Shown piece by piece: positions 51,577 to 62,479 of a stretch of 64,000 bases of DNA. How positions within the stretch are numbered: position 1 is the first letter of the stretch; each line of letters opens with the position of its first letter. The position numbers and the translations under genes were made by a program. Source of the stretch: an uncultured delta proteobacterium (GTDB lineage: Bacteria; Myxococcota; Myxococcia; SLRQ01); the NCBI GenBank assembly GCA_963727485.1, contig CAVSGM010000002.1, forward strand, positions 992,001-1,056,000, in the 5' to 3' direction. The notes beneath the pieces are model-generated. The model saw only the letters and a list, made by a program, of their open reading frames with translations, did not search any database and had not been told where the DNA came from.

Positions 51577-53040
51577 CTACCAGTCCACCGGCACCCGGGC
51601 GATGACCACCAGGTGGTCCCCGGTCTGCACCTTGGTCTCGGGCGCCGGGTTGACCCACACCTGGCGCTCGCCGCTGCGCTCGGTCTCCAGGCTCACCAGG
51701 ATCGCGTGGTGGGCCTCGGCGAGCAGCCGGTGGAGCTCGGCGACCGTCGCCCCGTCGTGGGCCTTCGGCACCGCCACCTTGTGGAAGGCGTTGCCGTAGC
51801 GGGTGGAGAGGATCTCGTCGAGGGTGGAGACCAGGCCGCGGTTGCGGCCCACCGAGCCCAGGATGTAGCCGGAGTACTCGTCGGCGACCACGATCTCCTC
51901 GACCCCGGCGCGGCGCAGCAGGGTCTCGTGCTGCCGGTCCCGGAGCTCGGCGCAGGTGAAGATCCCCGGCGAGAGCCGCTCGATGGTCAGCGCCGCCAGC
52001 ACCGTGCGGGCGTCGCGGTCGGCGTCGGAGCGGGGCGTCGACTTGTCGGCCAGCAGGATCACCAGCGAGGCCCGCTGGGCCGCCGCCTGCTCCAGGATCT
52101 CCACCCGGGTGTAGTCGCCGGAGACGTGGTGGAGGAGCTCGGGGGGCATGTCGCCGGGGTCGGCGTCCTCGGGCATCTTCTCGCCCTCGGTCATGATCAC
52201 CACCGGCCGGGTTCCCGTTTCACGGTTGAACACCTCTCGGAGCACCTTGGGCGCCGAGTGGTTCCAGCCGCAGATGATCACGTGACCGTCGAGCTCGTCG
52301 GGATCCACGTCGCCCTCCTCGAGGCGGTGGGACAGGCGCGACACCATCGATGCCGACACCGTGCCCACGAACATGCCAAAGACCGTCATCCCCCCGAGGA
52401 TGAGCACCAGGGTCACCGCCCGGCCCACCTCGGTGGTGGGGTTGCCCACGGTGGGCTGCTCGGCGACCAGGGTGAGCACCGAGTACCAGACGCTCTTCTC
52501 CAGGGTGGCGAAGTCGGGGTTCACCGAGCGCTCGCCGAAGTGGATCACCACCGCCCCGGCGAGCACCAGCACCACCGTGGCGCTCACCAGCACCATCAGC
52601 TCCAGGCCCGCCCCCCGGAACACGCCGCCGAAGACCCGCAGCCGCCTGGCCACGATCAGCCCGGCCCGGAACAGGCGCAGGAGCCGCAGCACCCGGAGCA
52701 GGGGGAAGGGCAAGAGCGAGGGGAAGACCGCCAGCAGGTCCAGCCACCACTGGGCGAAGAACCGGCCCTTGCGGGGAGCGGCGATGAAGCGCAGCACCAG
52801 CTCCCCGACGAATATCCAGTTCACCACGTCGCCGGCGGAGTCGAGGATCCGGCGGAGGTGGTGGTCCCGGTCGAAGGCCGCGCCGGCGAGCAGCAGCGCC
52901 GCCTCCACCACGATGAGCAGCGCCAGGGTCAGCTCCACCGCCCGGTGGCGGAGGATCCGGTCGAGACCGCGCCGGAGGCGCGCCACCCGTCCCGGCGGGA
53001 GCCGGCCGGCGCCGAGGCCTACCGCCCGGGCCACCGGCAC
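51577..53040 (-). CDS. K+-channel-fold protein (6TM plus RCK/TrkA-N) with a non-canonical filter
   Basis: S4 LLRVLRLLRLFR; pore helix SVWYSVLTL then AEQPTVGNP; RCK HVIICGWN, GDYT, DARTVLAAL. Start codon uncertain (53034-53127). Confidence 0.85.
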   Translation of the reverse strand: MPVARAVGLGAGRLPPGRVARLRRGLDRILRHRAVELTLALLIVVEAALLLAGAAFDRDHHLRRILDSAGDVVNWIFVGELVLRFIAAPRKGRFFAQWWLDLLAVFPSLLPFPLLRVLRLLRLFRAGLIVARRLRVFGGVFRGAGLELMVLVSATVVLVLAGAVVIHFGERSVNPDFATLEKSVWYSVLTLVAEQPTVGNPTTEVGRAVTLVLILGGMTVFGMFVGTVSASMVSRLSHRLEEGDVDPDELDGHVIICGWNHSAPKVLREVFNRETGTRPVVIMTEGEKMPEDADPGDMPPELLHHVSGDYTRVEILEQAAAQRASLVILLADKSTPRSDADRDARTVLAALTIERLSPGIFTCAELRDRQHETLLRRAGVEEIVVADEYSGYILGSVGRNRGLVSTLDEILSTRYGNAFHKVAVPKAHDGATVAELHRLLAEAHHAILVSLETERSGERQVWVNPAPETKVQTGDHLVVIARVPVDW

Positions 53041-53174
53041 CCTCCCGGGATCCGACCGACCTCCACCCGCGCCGCCGATGCCGTGCTCACCGCCGGCGAG
53101 TATCCGTCCCCGGGCGCCCGGCGGCAACCACCGCGCGGGGTGACGCCGCCCGGGTCCGGGGCTACCCTCGGCCC

Positions 53175-53729
53175 ATGGATCTCGACGGCCGGCGGGTGCT
53201 CCTCGCCGTCTCCGGCGGCATCGCCGCCTACAAGGTGGGCTACGTGGCCCGGGCCCTCCGGGAACGGGGGGCCGAGGTGCGCTGCACCCTCACCCGCGCC
53301 GCCACCCGCTTCGTCCCCGCGAGGAGCTTCGAGGCGCTCACCGGCGCCCCGGCGCTGGTCGACCTCTTCGCCGGAGGCGGGGACGTGGACCACGTCGCCC
53401 TCGCCCGCTTCCCCGAGGTGTGCCTGGTGGCCCCGGCGACCGCCCACCTCATCGCCCGGCTGGCCCTGGGCCTCGCCGACGACGGGCCCACCACGGTGCT
53501 GCTGGCGACCCAGGCCCCGCTCCTCGTCGCCCCGGCGATGAACGACGGGATGTGGCAGCACCCGGCGACGAAGGCGAACGTGGCGACCCTCGAGGCCCGG
53601 GGGGCCCGGATCCTGGGCCCGGCCACGGGGATGCTCGCCGAGGGCTACGCCGCGGTGGGGCGGATGGTCGAGCCCGAGGTCCTCATCGAGGCGGTGGCGG
53701 ACGCGCTGGCCTCGGCGTCCGCGGGCTGA
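53175..53729 (+). CDS. Stand-alone HFCD flavoprotein (CoaC/Dfp N-terminal domain)
   Basis: VSGGIAAYK, DHVALA, VAPATA, APAMNDGMW, GRMVEP; no CoaB domain. Confidence 0.88.
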   Translation: MDLDGRRVLLAVSGGIAAYKVGYVARALRERGAEVRCTLTRAATRFVPARSFEALTGAPALVDLFAGGGDVDHVALARFPEVCLVAPATAHLIARLALGLADDGPTTVLLATQAPLLVAPAMNDGMWQHPATKANVATLEARGARILGPATGMLAEGYAAVGRMVEPEVLIEAVADALASASAG

Positions 53730-53749
53730 CGCGCCCCTGACCGGCGGGC

Positions 53750-54511
53750 CTACTTCTCCTTGTGGAAGGCGGCCCGGAAGAACTCCCGGTTCATCCGGTG
53801 GATGAAGCGGATGGGGATCTCCTTGGGGCACACCGCCTCGCACTCGCCCTCGTTGGAGCAGCTCCCGAAGCCCAGGGCGTCGTGGGTGGCGACCATCTTC
53901 AGCACCCGGGACTCGCGCTCGGCCTCGCCCTGGGGCAAGAGGCCGAGGTGGTTCACCTTGGCCGAGGTGAAGAGCATCGCCGAGGCGTTCTTGCACTGGG
54001 CCACGCAGGCACCGCAGCCGATGCAGGCCGCCGCGTCGAAGGCCTCGTCGGCGAGGTGCTTGGCCACCGGCAGGGCGTTGGCGTCGGGGGCGCCGCCGGT
54101 GTTGAAGGAGATGTAGCCGCCCGACGCCATGATCTGGTCGAAGGCGCCGCGGTCGACCACCAGGTCCTTGACCACCGGGAAGGCCCGGGAGCGCCAGGGC
54201 TCGAGGACCAGGGTGTCCCCGTCCTTGAACCGGCGCATGTGCAGCTGGCAGACGGTGATCGCCGGGTCGGGGCCGTGGGCCACCCCGTCGATCATGAAGC
54301 CGCAGGAGCCGCAGATGCCCTCGCGACAGTCATTGTCGAAGGCGATGGGCTCGGTGCCCTTGGCCAGGAGCTGCTCGTTGAGGACGTCGAGCATCTCCAG
54401 GAAGCTCATGTCCTTGGTGACGTCCTCGACGTCGTAGGACTCGAACTTGCCTTGCCGGTTGGGTCCGGGTTGGCGCCAGACCACGAGCCGCAGTCGCATG
54501 GTATCGGCCAT
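53750..54511 (-). CDS. sdhB: Succinate dehydrogenase/fumarate reductase Fe-S subunit
   Basis: [28 protein letters not shown]. Confidence 0.95.
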   Translation of the reverse strand: MADTMRLRLVVWRQPGPNRQGKFESYDVEDVTKDMSFLEMLDVLNEQLLAKGTEPIAFDNDCREGICGSCGFMIDGVAHGPDPAITVCQLHMRRFKDGDTLVLEPWRSRAFPVVKDLVVDRGAFDQIMASGGYISFNTGGAPDANALPVAKHLADEAFDAAACIGCGACVAQCKNASAMLFTSAKVNHLGLLPQGEAERESRVLKMVATHDALGFGSCSNEGECEAVCPKEIPIRFIHRMNREFFRAAFHKEK

Positions 54512-54520
54512 GATGTCCCT

Positions 54521-56434
<1,914 letters not shown>

Positions 56435-56449
56435 GGTCGCCTCCGCGTG

Positions 56450-57142
56450 TCAGTGGATGATGCCGATGAGGACCGCCAGCGGGATGGTGATGAACCCCGC
56501 GGCCATGAGGAGCGAGAACACCCAGCCGGTGCGCTTGAGCCAGAGGCTGTAGCGCCGGTGGTGCACCCCCAGGGTCCGAAAGGCGCTCCCGAAGCCGTGC
56601 CACAGGTGGAAGCCGAGGAGCGCCAGCGCCACCACGTACCAGATGACGTAGCCCGGCTTGTGGAAGACCTCGACCACCAGGCGGTAGAGGTCGCGCTGGC
56701 CGCCCGCGGTCAGGTAGTGGGGCCCGTACTTGAAGGTGATGAGGTGCAGGGGCACGAAGATGAGCGTCACGATGCCGGTGACGATCATCAACGTCGAGGC
56801 CACCGACTTCTGGCTCTTGCCCCCGGCCCAGTGCTTGGTCTGGTAGCCCTGGGGCCGCGCGCCCCGGTTCCAGAACCAGTTGCCGATGGCGGTGACGAAG
56901 TGGAGCACGAAGAGCCCCACGATCCCCAGCTCTCCCACCCAGATGAAGGGGTTGGAGATGAGGGCGTGGGAGTAGCCGTTGAACTCCGCCGGCCCGATGA
57001 AGAGCAGGAGGTTCCCCAGCAGGTGCTCGATGAGGAAGAGGATGAGGCCGATGCCGGTGATGGCCATCAGCACCTTGCGGCCGATGGAGGTCCACCAGAA
57101 GAACCGGGACCCTGCCTCGGGCTTCGCTGTCGTCGTCGCCAC
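56450..57142 (-). CDS. sdhC: Succinate dehydrogenase cytochrome b subunit (b558-type, 5 TM)
   Basis: SIGRKVLMAITG, HLLGN, HLWHG heme-ligand motifs; GTG start with GGAG RBS. Confidence 0.92.
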   Translation of the reverse strand: MATTTAKPEAGSRFFWWTSIGRKVLMAITGIGLILFLIEHLLGNLLLFIGPAEFNGYSHALISNPFIWVGELGIVGLFVLHFVTAIGNWFWNRGARPQGYQTKHWAGGKSQKSVASTLMIVTGIVTLIFVPLHLITFKYGPHYLTAGGQRDLYRLVVEVFHKPGYVIWYVVALALLGFHLWHGFGSAFRTLGVHHRRYSLWLKRTGWVFSLLMAAGFITIPLAVLIGIIH

Positions 57143-57254
57143 GGTGTCACTCCCTGCTTGGAGGGACGGATCGCTGCCGAAACCTTGGGGGTGGGTGGTT
57201 AGCACTCCCCCGGGGGAAACGCCAGGATTCCCGACCGCGGCGGCGCCAGGCGCC

Positions 57255-57863
57255 TCAGCGCCAGGTGAAGCGCATCCGACCCTCGGTGTCGGTGACGTGG
57301 GTGAGCTCGCCCCGGACGTCCTTGCCGCCGGCGGCGGTGACGGCGGCGCGCAGGGCGGCGACGTTGGTGCCGAGGACCGGCGGGGTGTAGAGCTTCGGCG
57401 GGAAGTGGACGGCGAGGACCGCCTGGCCGTCGCCCTCCTCGGCGAGCTCGAGGTCGGTGCCCTGGTGGAACTGGTGCCACCGCTTCGCCGCCCCGTGGAC
57501 GAGCTGCCTGGGCGTGGCGACGTACATCAGGAAGCGGTAGAGCGGCTTGGCGTAGAGGGCCGCCGACAGGCCGTAGAGCCACTCGTGGAAGTCCGCCTCC
57601 CGGGGGAAGTGGGCGTCGCCGTAGGCGAGGGTGAGGGCGAGGAACTGGGCGGTGGAGACCCAGGACGAGCTCGGCGGCGGCGCCTCCCACAGGGCGTGGA
57701 GCGCCTCGGGGAGCTCGCCGGGCGACGCCTCGAAGGGCATCGACTCCTGCATGTGGCGGATGAGCGAGGCCTTGCTCAGGGCCGCCGGGTAGCTCTCGGT
57801 GCCCCGGGGCAGGCTCTCGAGGTAGGCGGTCATGCGCGGGAAGCGGTCGTCGGGGGAGCCCAT
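57255..57863 (-). CDS. DUF2378-like myxobacterial protein
   Basis: PPPSSSWV, PLYRFLM..ATP..L....RW..F..GT, C-terminal FTW; this pattern is typical of the family. Confidence 0.55.
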   Translation of the reverse strand: MGSPDDRFPRMTAYLESLPRGTESYPAALSKASLIRHMQESMPFEASPGELPEALHALWEAPPPSSSWVSTAQFLALTLAYGDAHFPREADFHEWLYGLSAALYAKPLYRFLMYVATPRQLVHGAAKRWHQFHQGTDLELAEEGDGQAVLAVHFPPKLYTPPVLGTNVAALRAAVTAAGGKDVRGELTHVTDTEGRMRFTWR

Positions 57864-58067
57864 TGGAGCGGAGGCTAGCAGCCCGGTTCGGGCGCCCACA
57901 ATCCTCCACCGGCCTGGGGACAACCCCGGTCCCGCGATCATGGGGGCCCGCCGGGTTGGGAAGAATCCTCCGGGTTGGCGGTTCGGGGCGAGGCTTGGTA
58001 AGCCCGGTGGGCTCGCGTGCCCACGCGGCCCCTTTTCGACTCGACCCGCCGCCCAAGGAGGCGCCCC

Positions 58068-60863
58068 ATGACCCCCCATTCCCCCGCCCGCCGACGCCTC
58101 GCGGCGCGCCACCTGCTCGCCGTCCCGGCGGCCCTCCTCCTGGCCGGGGGCTGCGCCTCCACCGGCGCCACCGGCCCCGCCGCCAAGAAGCCGGCGATGA
58201 AGCCCGCGGCCGCCAAGGCCCCCCAGACCGGCAAGGCCCCCCACGGGGTCGCCGCGGCGACCGCCAAGGCCTCCCCGGGCATCAAGGTGGTCCGCGCCAC
58301 CCTGGCCAACGGCCTCCAGGTGGTCGTGGTCCCCAACCACCTCGCCCCGGTGGCGACCATGGAGATCAACTACAAGGTCGGCTCCAACGAGGTCCCCAAG
58401 GGCTTCCCGGGCACCGCCCACGCCCTGGAGCACATGATGTTCCGCGGCAGCCCCGGCCTCGACGCCTCGCAGCTCGCGGACATCACCGCCTCCCTCGGCG
58501 GCGACATGAACGCCGACACCCAGCAGACGGTGACCCAGTACTTCATCACCGCGCCCGCCGAGGACCTCCCGGTGGTGCTCCACGTGGGCGCCACCCGGAT
58601 GGCCGGGATCACCGCCAGCCAGAAGCTCTGGGAGAAGGAGCGCGGGGCCATCGAGCAGGAGGTCGCCGCCGACCTCTCCAACCCCAGCTACGTCCTCTAC
58701 ACCAAGCTGATGAAGGGGCTGTTCCAGGGCACCCCCTACGCCCATGACGCCCTGGGCACCCGGCCGAGCTTCGACAAGACCACGGCCAAGATGCTCAAGG
58801 ACTTCCACGACACCTGGTACGCGCCCAACAACGCAATCATGATCATCGCCGGCGACGTGGATCCGAAGGCGGTGATGCCCGAGGTGAAGAAGCTCTTCGG
58901 CAAGATCCCCTCGCGCAAGCTCCCGCCCCGGCCGCCGGTGAACCTCACCCCGGTCAAGCCCACCTCCCTGAAGATGAGCACCGACCAGGCCTACGGCTTC
59001 GTGGCCCTGGCCTTCCGGGTCCCCGGCTACGCCAGCAAGGACTTCGCCGCCACCCAGGTGCTCGGCGACATCCTCGACAGCCACCGCGGGCCCCTCTACG
59101 CCCTGGTGCCCAAGGGCAAGGCCCTCTACGCCGGGTTCCAGGCCCAGCTCTTCCCCGAGACCGGGATGGGCTTCGCCTACGCGGTCTTCCCCAAGGGCGC
59201 CGACACCAAGGCCCTCACCCAGGACCTGCGCGCGGCCCTGGCCCAGGCGGTGAAGCAGGGCTTCCCCGAGGACATGGTCACCGCCGCCAAGCGCCAGGAG
59301 GCGACCCAGACCGAGCTCCAGAAGAACTCGGTCTCCGGGCTGGCCCAGGCCTGGTCCCAGTCGCTGGCGGTCGAGGGGCGGACCAGCCCCGAGGACGACG
59401 TCCAGGCGATGCAGTCGGTGACCGCGGCCCAGGTGAACGCGGTGGCGAAGAAGTACGTGGACCTCGACCACACGGTCCAGGCGGTCCTCACCCCCCAGCC
59501 CACCGGCAAGCCGGTGGTCTCCAAGGGCTTCGGCGGCACCGAGAACTTCGCCCCCTCGAAGACCAAGAAGGTCACCCTCCCCGACTGGGCGGCCAAGGCC
59601 CTGGCCAAGCTCGAGATCCCCAAGAGCGCGGTGAGCCCCACGGTCACGGTGCTCGGAAACGGCCTCAAGCTCATCGTCCAGCCGGAGACCGCGAGCAACA
59701 CCGTGAGCGTGTTCGGCCGCATCAAGAGCCAGCCCAAGCTCGAGACCCCCAAGGGGCAGGACGGCGTGGACCAGGTCCTGGAGCGCCTCTTCGACTTCGG
59801 CACCCAGAGCCTCAATCGGGTCGCCTACCAGAAGGCCCTCGATGACATCGGCGCCTCCGAGAGCGCGGGCACCGACTTCTCCATCCAGGCGCTGGCCGGT
59901 CACTTCGACCGGGCGGTGGAGCTCCTCGCCGACAACGAGCTGCACCCGGCGATGCCCCCCATGGCCTTCCGCATCGTCCAGGCCCAGACGGCCCACGCCG
60001 TCGGCGGCCGCAACCACAGCGCCGACTACCTCGCCAAGCGCGCCGCCCAGGTGAACCTGGTGCCCAAGGCCGACCCGATGCGCCGCCAGGCCACCCCCAA
60101 GACCATCGGGGCCCTGACCCTCGAGGACGTGAAGGCCTACTACCAGAAGGTCTACCGCCCCGACCTGACCACCCTGGTGGTCATCGGCAAGGTCGACCCG
60201 GCCACCGCCAAGCAGGTGGTGACGAAGTACTTCGGCGGGTGGAAGGCGGCCGGGAAGGCGCCGGTCACCGACCTCCCGAAGATCCCGGCCAACAAGGCGA
60301 CCCGGACCACCGTCCCCGACGCCCGCCGCAGCCAGGACAAGGTCACCCTCACCGAGACCCTGGGCCTGACCCGGGACAACCCCGACTACTACGCCCTGGA
60401 GCTCGGCAACCACGTCCTCGGCGGCGGGTTCTACGCCACGCGGCTCTACCACGACCTGCGCGAGGAGGGCGGCCTCGTCTACTACGTCTTCTCCCGGTTC
60501 AACGTGAAGAAGACCCGGGCCACCTACACCCTGGCCTACGGCTGCGATCCGCCGAACGTGGGGAAGGCCCGGGCCATCGCCGTCCGCGACCTCAACCAGA
60601 TGATCAAGACCCCGGTGGGCGAGAGCGAGCTGAAGCAGGCCAAGGGCATCCTCCTGCGCGACATCCCCCTGCGGGAGTCGAGCATGACCTCCATCGCCTA
60701 CGGGCTCATCCGCCGCTCCCTCGAGGGCCTGCCCCTCGACGAGCCCACGGTGGCGGCGAAGCACTACATGAGCCTGGACGCCAAGGCGGTGCAGCAGGCC
60801 TTCGCCAAGTGGCTCGACCCGGGCCGGCTGGTGCAGGTGGTCCAGGGGCCGGCGCCGAAGTAG
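58068..60863 (+). CDS. M16 (pitrilysin-family) zinc peptidase lipoprotein
   Basis: AGG-C lipobox, LANGLQVVV, inverted zincin HALEHMMF, YAPNNA, second half LGNGLKL and LYHDLREEGGLVY. Confidence 0.93.
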   Translation: MTPHSPARRRLAARHLLAVPAALLLAGGCASTGATGPAAKKPAMKPAAAKAPQTGKAPHGVAAATAKASPGIKVVRATLANGLQVVVVPNHLAPVATMEINYKVGSNEVPKGFPGTAHALEHMMFRGSPGLDASQLADITASLGGDMNADTQQTVTQYFITAPAEDLPVVLHVGATRMAGITASQKLWEKERGAIEQEVAADLSNPSYVLYTKLMKGLFQGTPYAHDALGTRPSFDKTTAKMLKDFHDTWYAPNNAIMIIAGDVDPKAVMPEVKKLFGKIPSRKLPPRPPVNLTPVKPTSLKMSTDQAYGFVALAFRVPGYASKDFAATQVLGDILDSHRGPLYALVPKGKALYAGFQAQLFPETGMGFAYAVFPKGADTKALTQDLRAALAQAVKQGFPEDMVTAAKRQEATQTELQKNSVSGLAQAWSQSLAVEGRTSPEDDVQAMQSVTAAQVNAVAKKYVDLDHTVQAVLTPQPTGKPVVSKGFGGTENFAPSKTKKVTLPDWAAKALAKLEIPKSAVSPTVTVLGNGLKLIVQPETASNTVSVFGRIKSQPKLETPKGQDGVDQVLERLFDFGTQSLNRVAYQKALDDIGASESAGTDFSIQALAGHFDRAVELLADNELHPAMPPMAFRIVQAQTAHAVGGRNHSADYLAKRAAQVNLVPKADPMRRQATPKTIGALTLEDVKAYYQKVYRPDLTTLVVIGKVDPATAKQVVTKYFGGWKAAGKAPVTDLPKIPANKATRTTVPDARRSQDKVTLTETLGLTRDNPDYYALELGNHVLGGGFYATRLYHDLREEGGLVYYVFSRFNVKKTRATYTLAYGCDPPNVGKARAIAVRDLNQMIKTPVGESELKQAKGILLRDIPLRESSMTSIAYGLIRRSLEGLPLDEPTVAAKHYMSLDAKAVQQAFAKWLDPGRLVQVVQGPAPK

Positions 60864-60964
60864 GGCACCGGGCCACCTGCCTCATCGGCGGCGGCGATTG
60901 GGTGACCGGTCGCCGCCGTCGTCGTTCCGTCGGCCGGCGGTGGTCCCCGGCGCCTGGCGTCGGG

Positions 60965-61594
60965 TCAGCCGTGGTACGGCGGCGGGGCCTTCACCATCAG
61001 GGTGATCACCGTCCGCCAGCCGTGGGGCAGGGCCAAGAGCCCCGCCTGGGTGGCCGGCGGCTCGGGGAGGCGGACCCGCGGGGTCACCGCCACGTGGACC
61101 CCGTCGCCACCGTCGTCCGCCTCGCCGTGGCCGCCCGCGGCGGCGTCCGCGGCGTCGTCGGCCTCGGCGGCAGAGCCCTGGATCCGGGCGCCCTTGGGCC
61201 GGCACACCCGATCCTGGCAGCGCCAGCCCCGGAGGCGGGCCTGGTACCAGCGGAGGACGATGGGCGCCGAGGCGGTGGTCACCAGGGCCACCTGCCGGAA
61301 GCGCATGTCCTCGTCGTAGCCCCACCGCATCAGCCGGGCGCCGGGGTAGACGGGCAGGCGCACCTGGGCCCGGGTCGGGACCGGGTTGTGGAACACCAGC
61401 CACTGGCGGGCGGTGAGGTGGAGGCGCTTCGCCTGGTGGGCCCGCTTCAGGGTCCGGTTGAGCCGGGCGGTCTTGGCGCGGGCCTTCGCCGCCGCGTGGG
61501 GCGCCAGCGGGAGCACCGGCGCCAGGGGGGTGCCGGCGAGGGCGGGCAGCGAGAGGGCGAGGGCGAGGGCCAGGGCGGTCGGGCGGACGGACAT
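60965..61594 (-). CDS. Hypothetical exported protein
   Basis: Signal peptide ending ALA; LPVYPGA and V..WY..RL.GW motifs. Confidence 0.6.
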   Translation of the reverse strand: MSVRPTALALALALSLPALAGTPLAPVLPLAPHAAAKARAKTARLNRTLKRAHQAKRLHLTARQWLVFHNPVPTRAQVRLPVYPGARLMRWGYDEDMRFRQVALVTTASAPIVLRWYQARLRGWRCQDRVCRPKGARIQGSAAEADDAADAAAGGHGEADDGGDGVHVAVTPRVRLPEPPATQAGLLALPHGWRTVITLMVKAPPPYHG

Positions 61595-61601
61595 GGGCGC
61601 C

Positions 61602-62411
61602 TCAGGGGATCTGCATCCCCCCAGAGACGTTGAGCTCCTGGCCGGTGATGAAGTCCGAGAGCGGCGAGGAGAAGAAGAGCACCGCCCCGGCGATGTCCTC
61701 CGGCGTCCCGAAGCGCCCGAAGGGGATGCGCCCCAGCGTCGCCTCGCGCTGGGCCTCGGGGACCCCGAGGGTGTCGCCCTCGCCCTTGGGGGCGGTGAGC
61801 CTGGTCTCGGTGAAGCCCGGGGCCACGGCGTTCACGCAGATGCGGTAGCGGCCCCACTCCTGGGCGAAGGTGCGGGTGAGGCCCACGTTGCCCATCTTCG
61901 CCGCGGTGTAGTTGGCCTGGCCGGGGTTCCCGCGGATGGCGGCGGTGGAGAAGAAGTTCACGATCTTGCGGACCCGGGTCACCTCGCCGTGCTCGGCGAG
62001 CTCCTGCTTGGCGGGATCGCGCAGGTAGGGCGCCGCCGAGCGGATGCAGTTGAAGGTGCCCTTGAGGTTCACGGCGATGACGAGATCCCACTGCTCGTCG
62101 GTCATCAGGTGACCCATGCGGTCGCGGGTGACCCCGGCGTTGTTCACCAGGATGTCGAGCTGGCCGAAGTGGTCGGCGGCGGTCTTCATCAGGGCGTCGG
62201 TGTAGGCGGGGTCGGCGACGCTCCCCACGCTGGCCACGGCGCTGCCGGCGCGGAGGGCCTCGCAGGCGGCGACGGTCTCGCCCGCGGGGCCGGCGTCGAG
62301 GTCGTTGACCACCACCTTGGCGCCCTCGCGGACGAAGGAGAGGGCGATGGCCTGGCCGATGCCGCGCCCGGCGCCGGTGACGACCGCCACCCGATCTTCG
62401 ATGAGTCCCAT
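61602..62411 (-). CDS. SDR oxidoreductase (FabG-like)
   Basis: TGAGRGIG, NNAGVTRD, YTAAK, NAVAPG. Confidence 0.93.
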   Translation of the reverse strand: MGLIEDRVAVVTGAGRGIGQAIALSFVREGAKVVVNDLDAGPAGETVAACEALRAGSAVASVGSVADPAYTDALMKTAADHFGQLDILVNNAGVTRDRMGHLMTDEQWDLVIAVNLKGTFNCIRSAAPYLRDPAKQELAEHGEVTRVRKIVNFFSTAAIRGNPGQANYTAAKMGNVGLTRTFAQEWGRYRICVNAVAPGFTETRLTAPKGEGDTLGVPEAQREATLGRIPFGRFGTPEDIAGAVLFFSSPLSDFITGQELNVSGGMQIP

Positions 62412-62479
62412 GGCTTTCTCCTCTCTGATGGCGCGGGGATCCCGAGCCCGGGTCGCTGCTATAGTCGATGCGGGCCACC

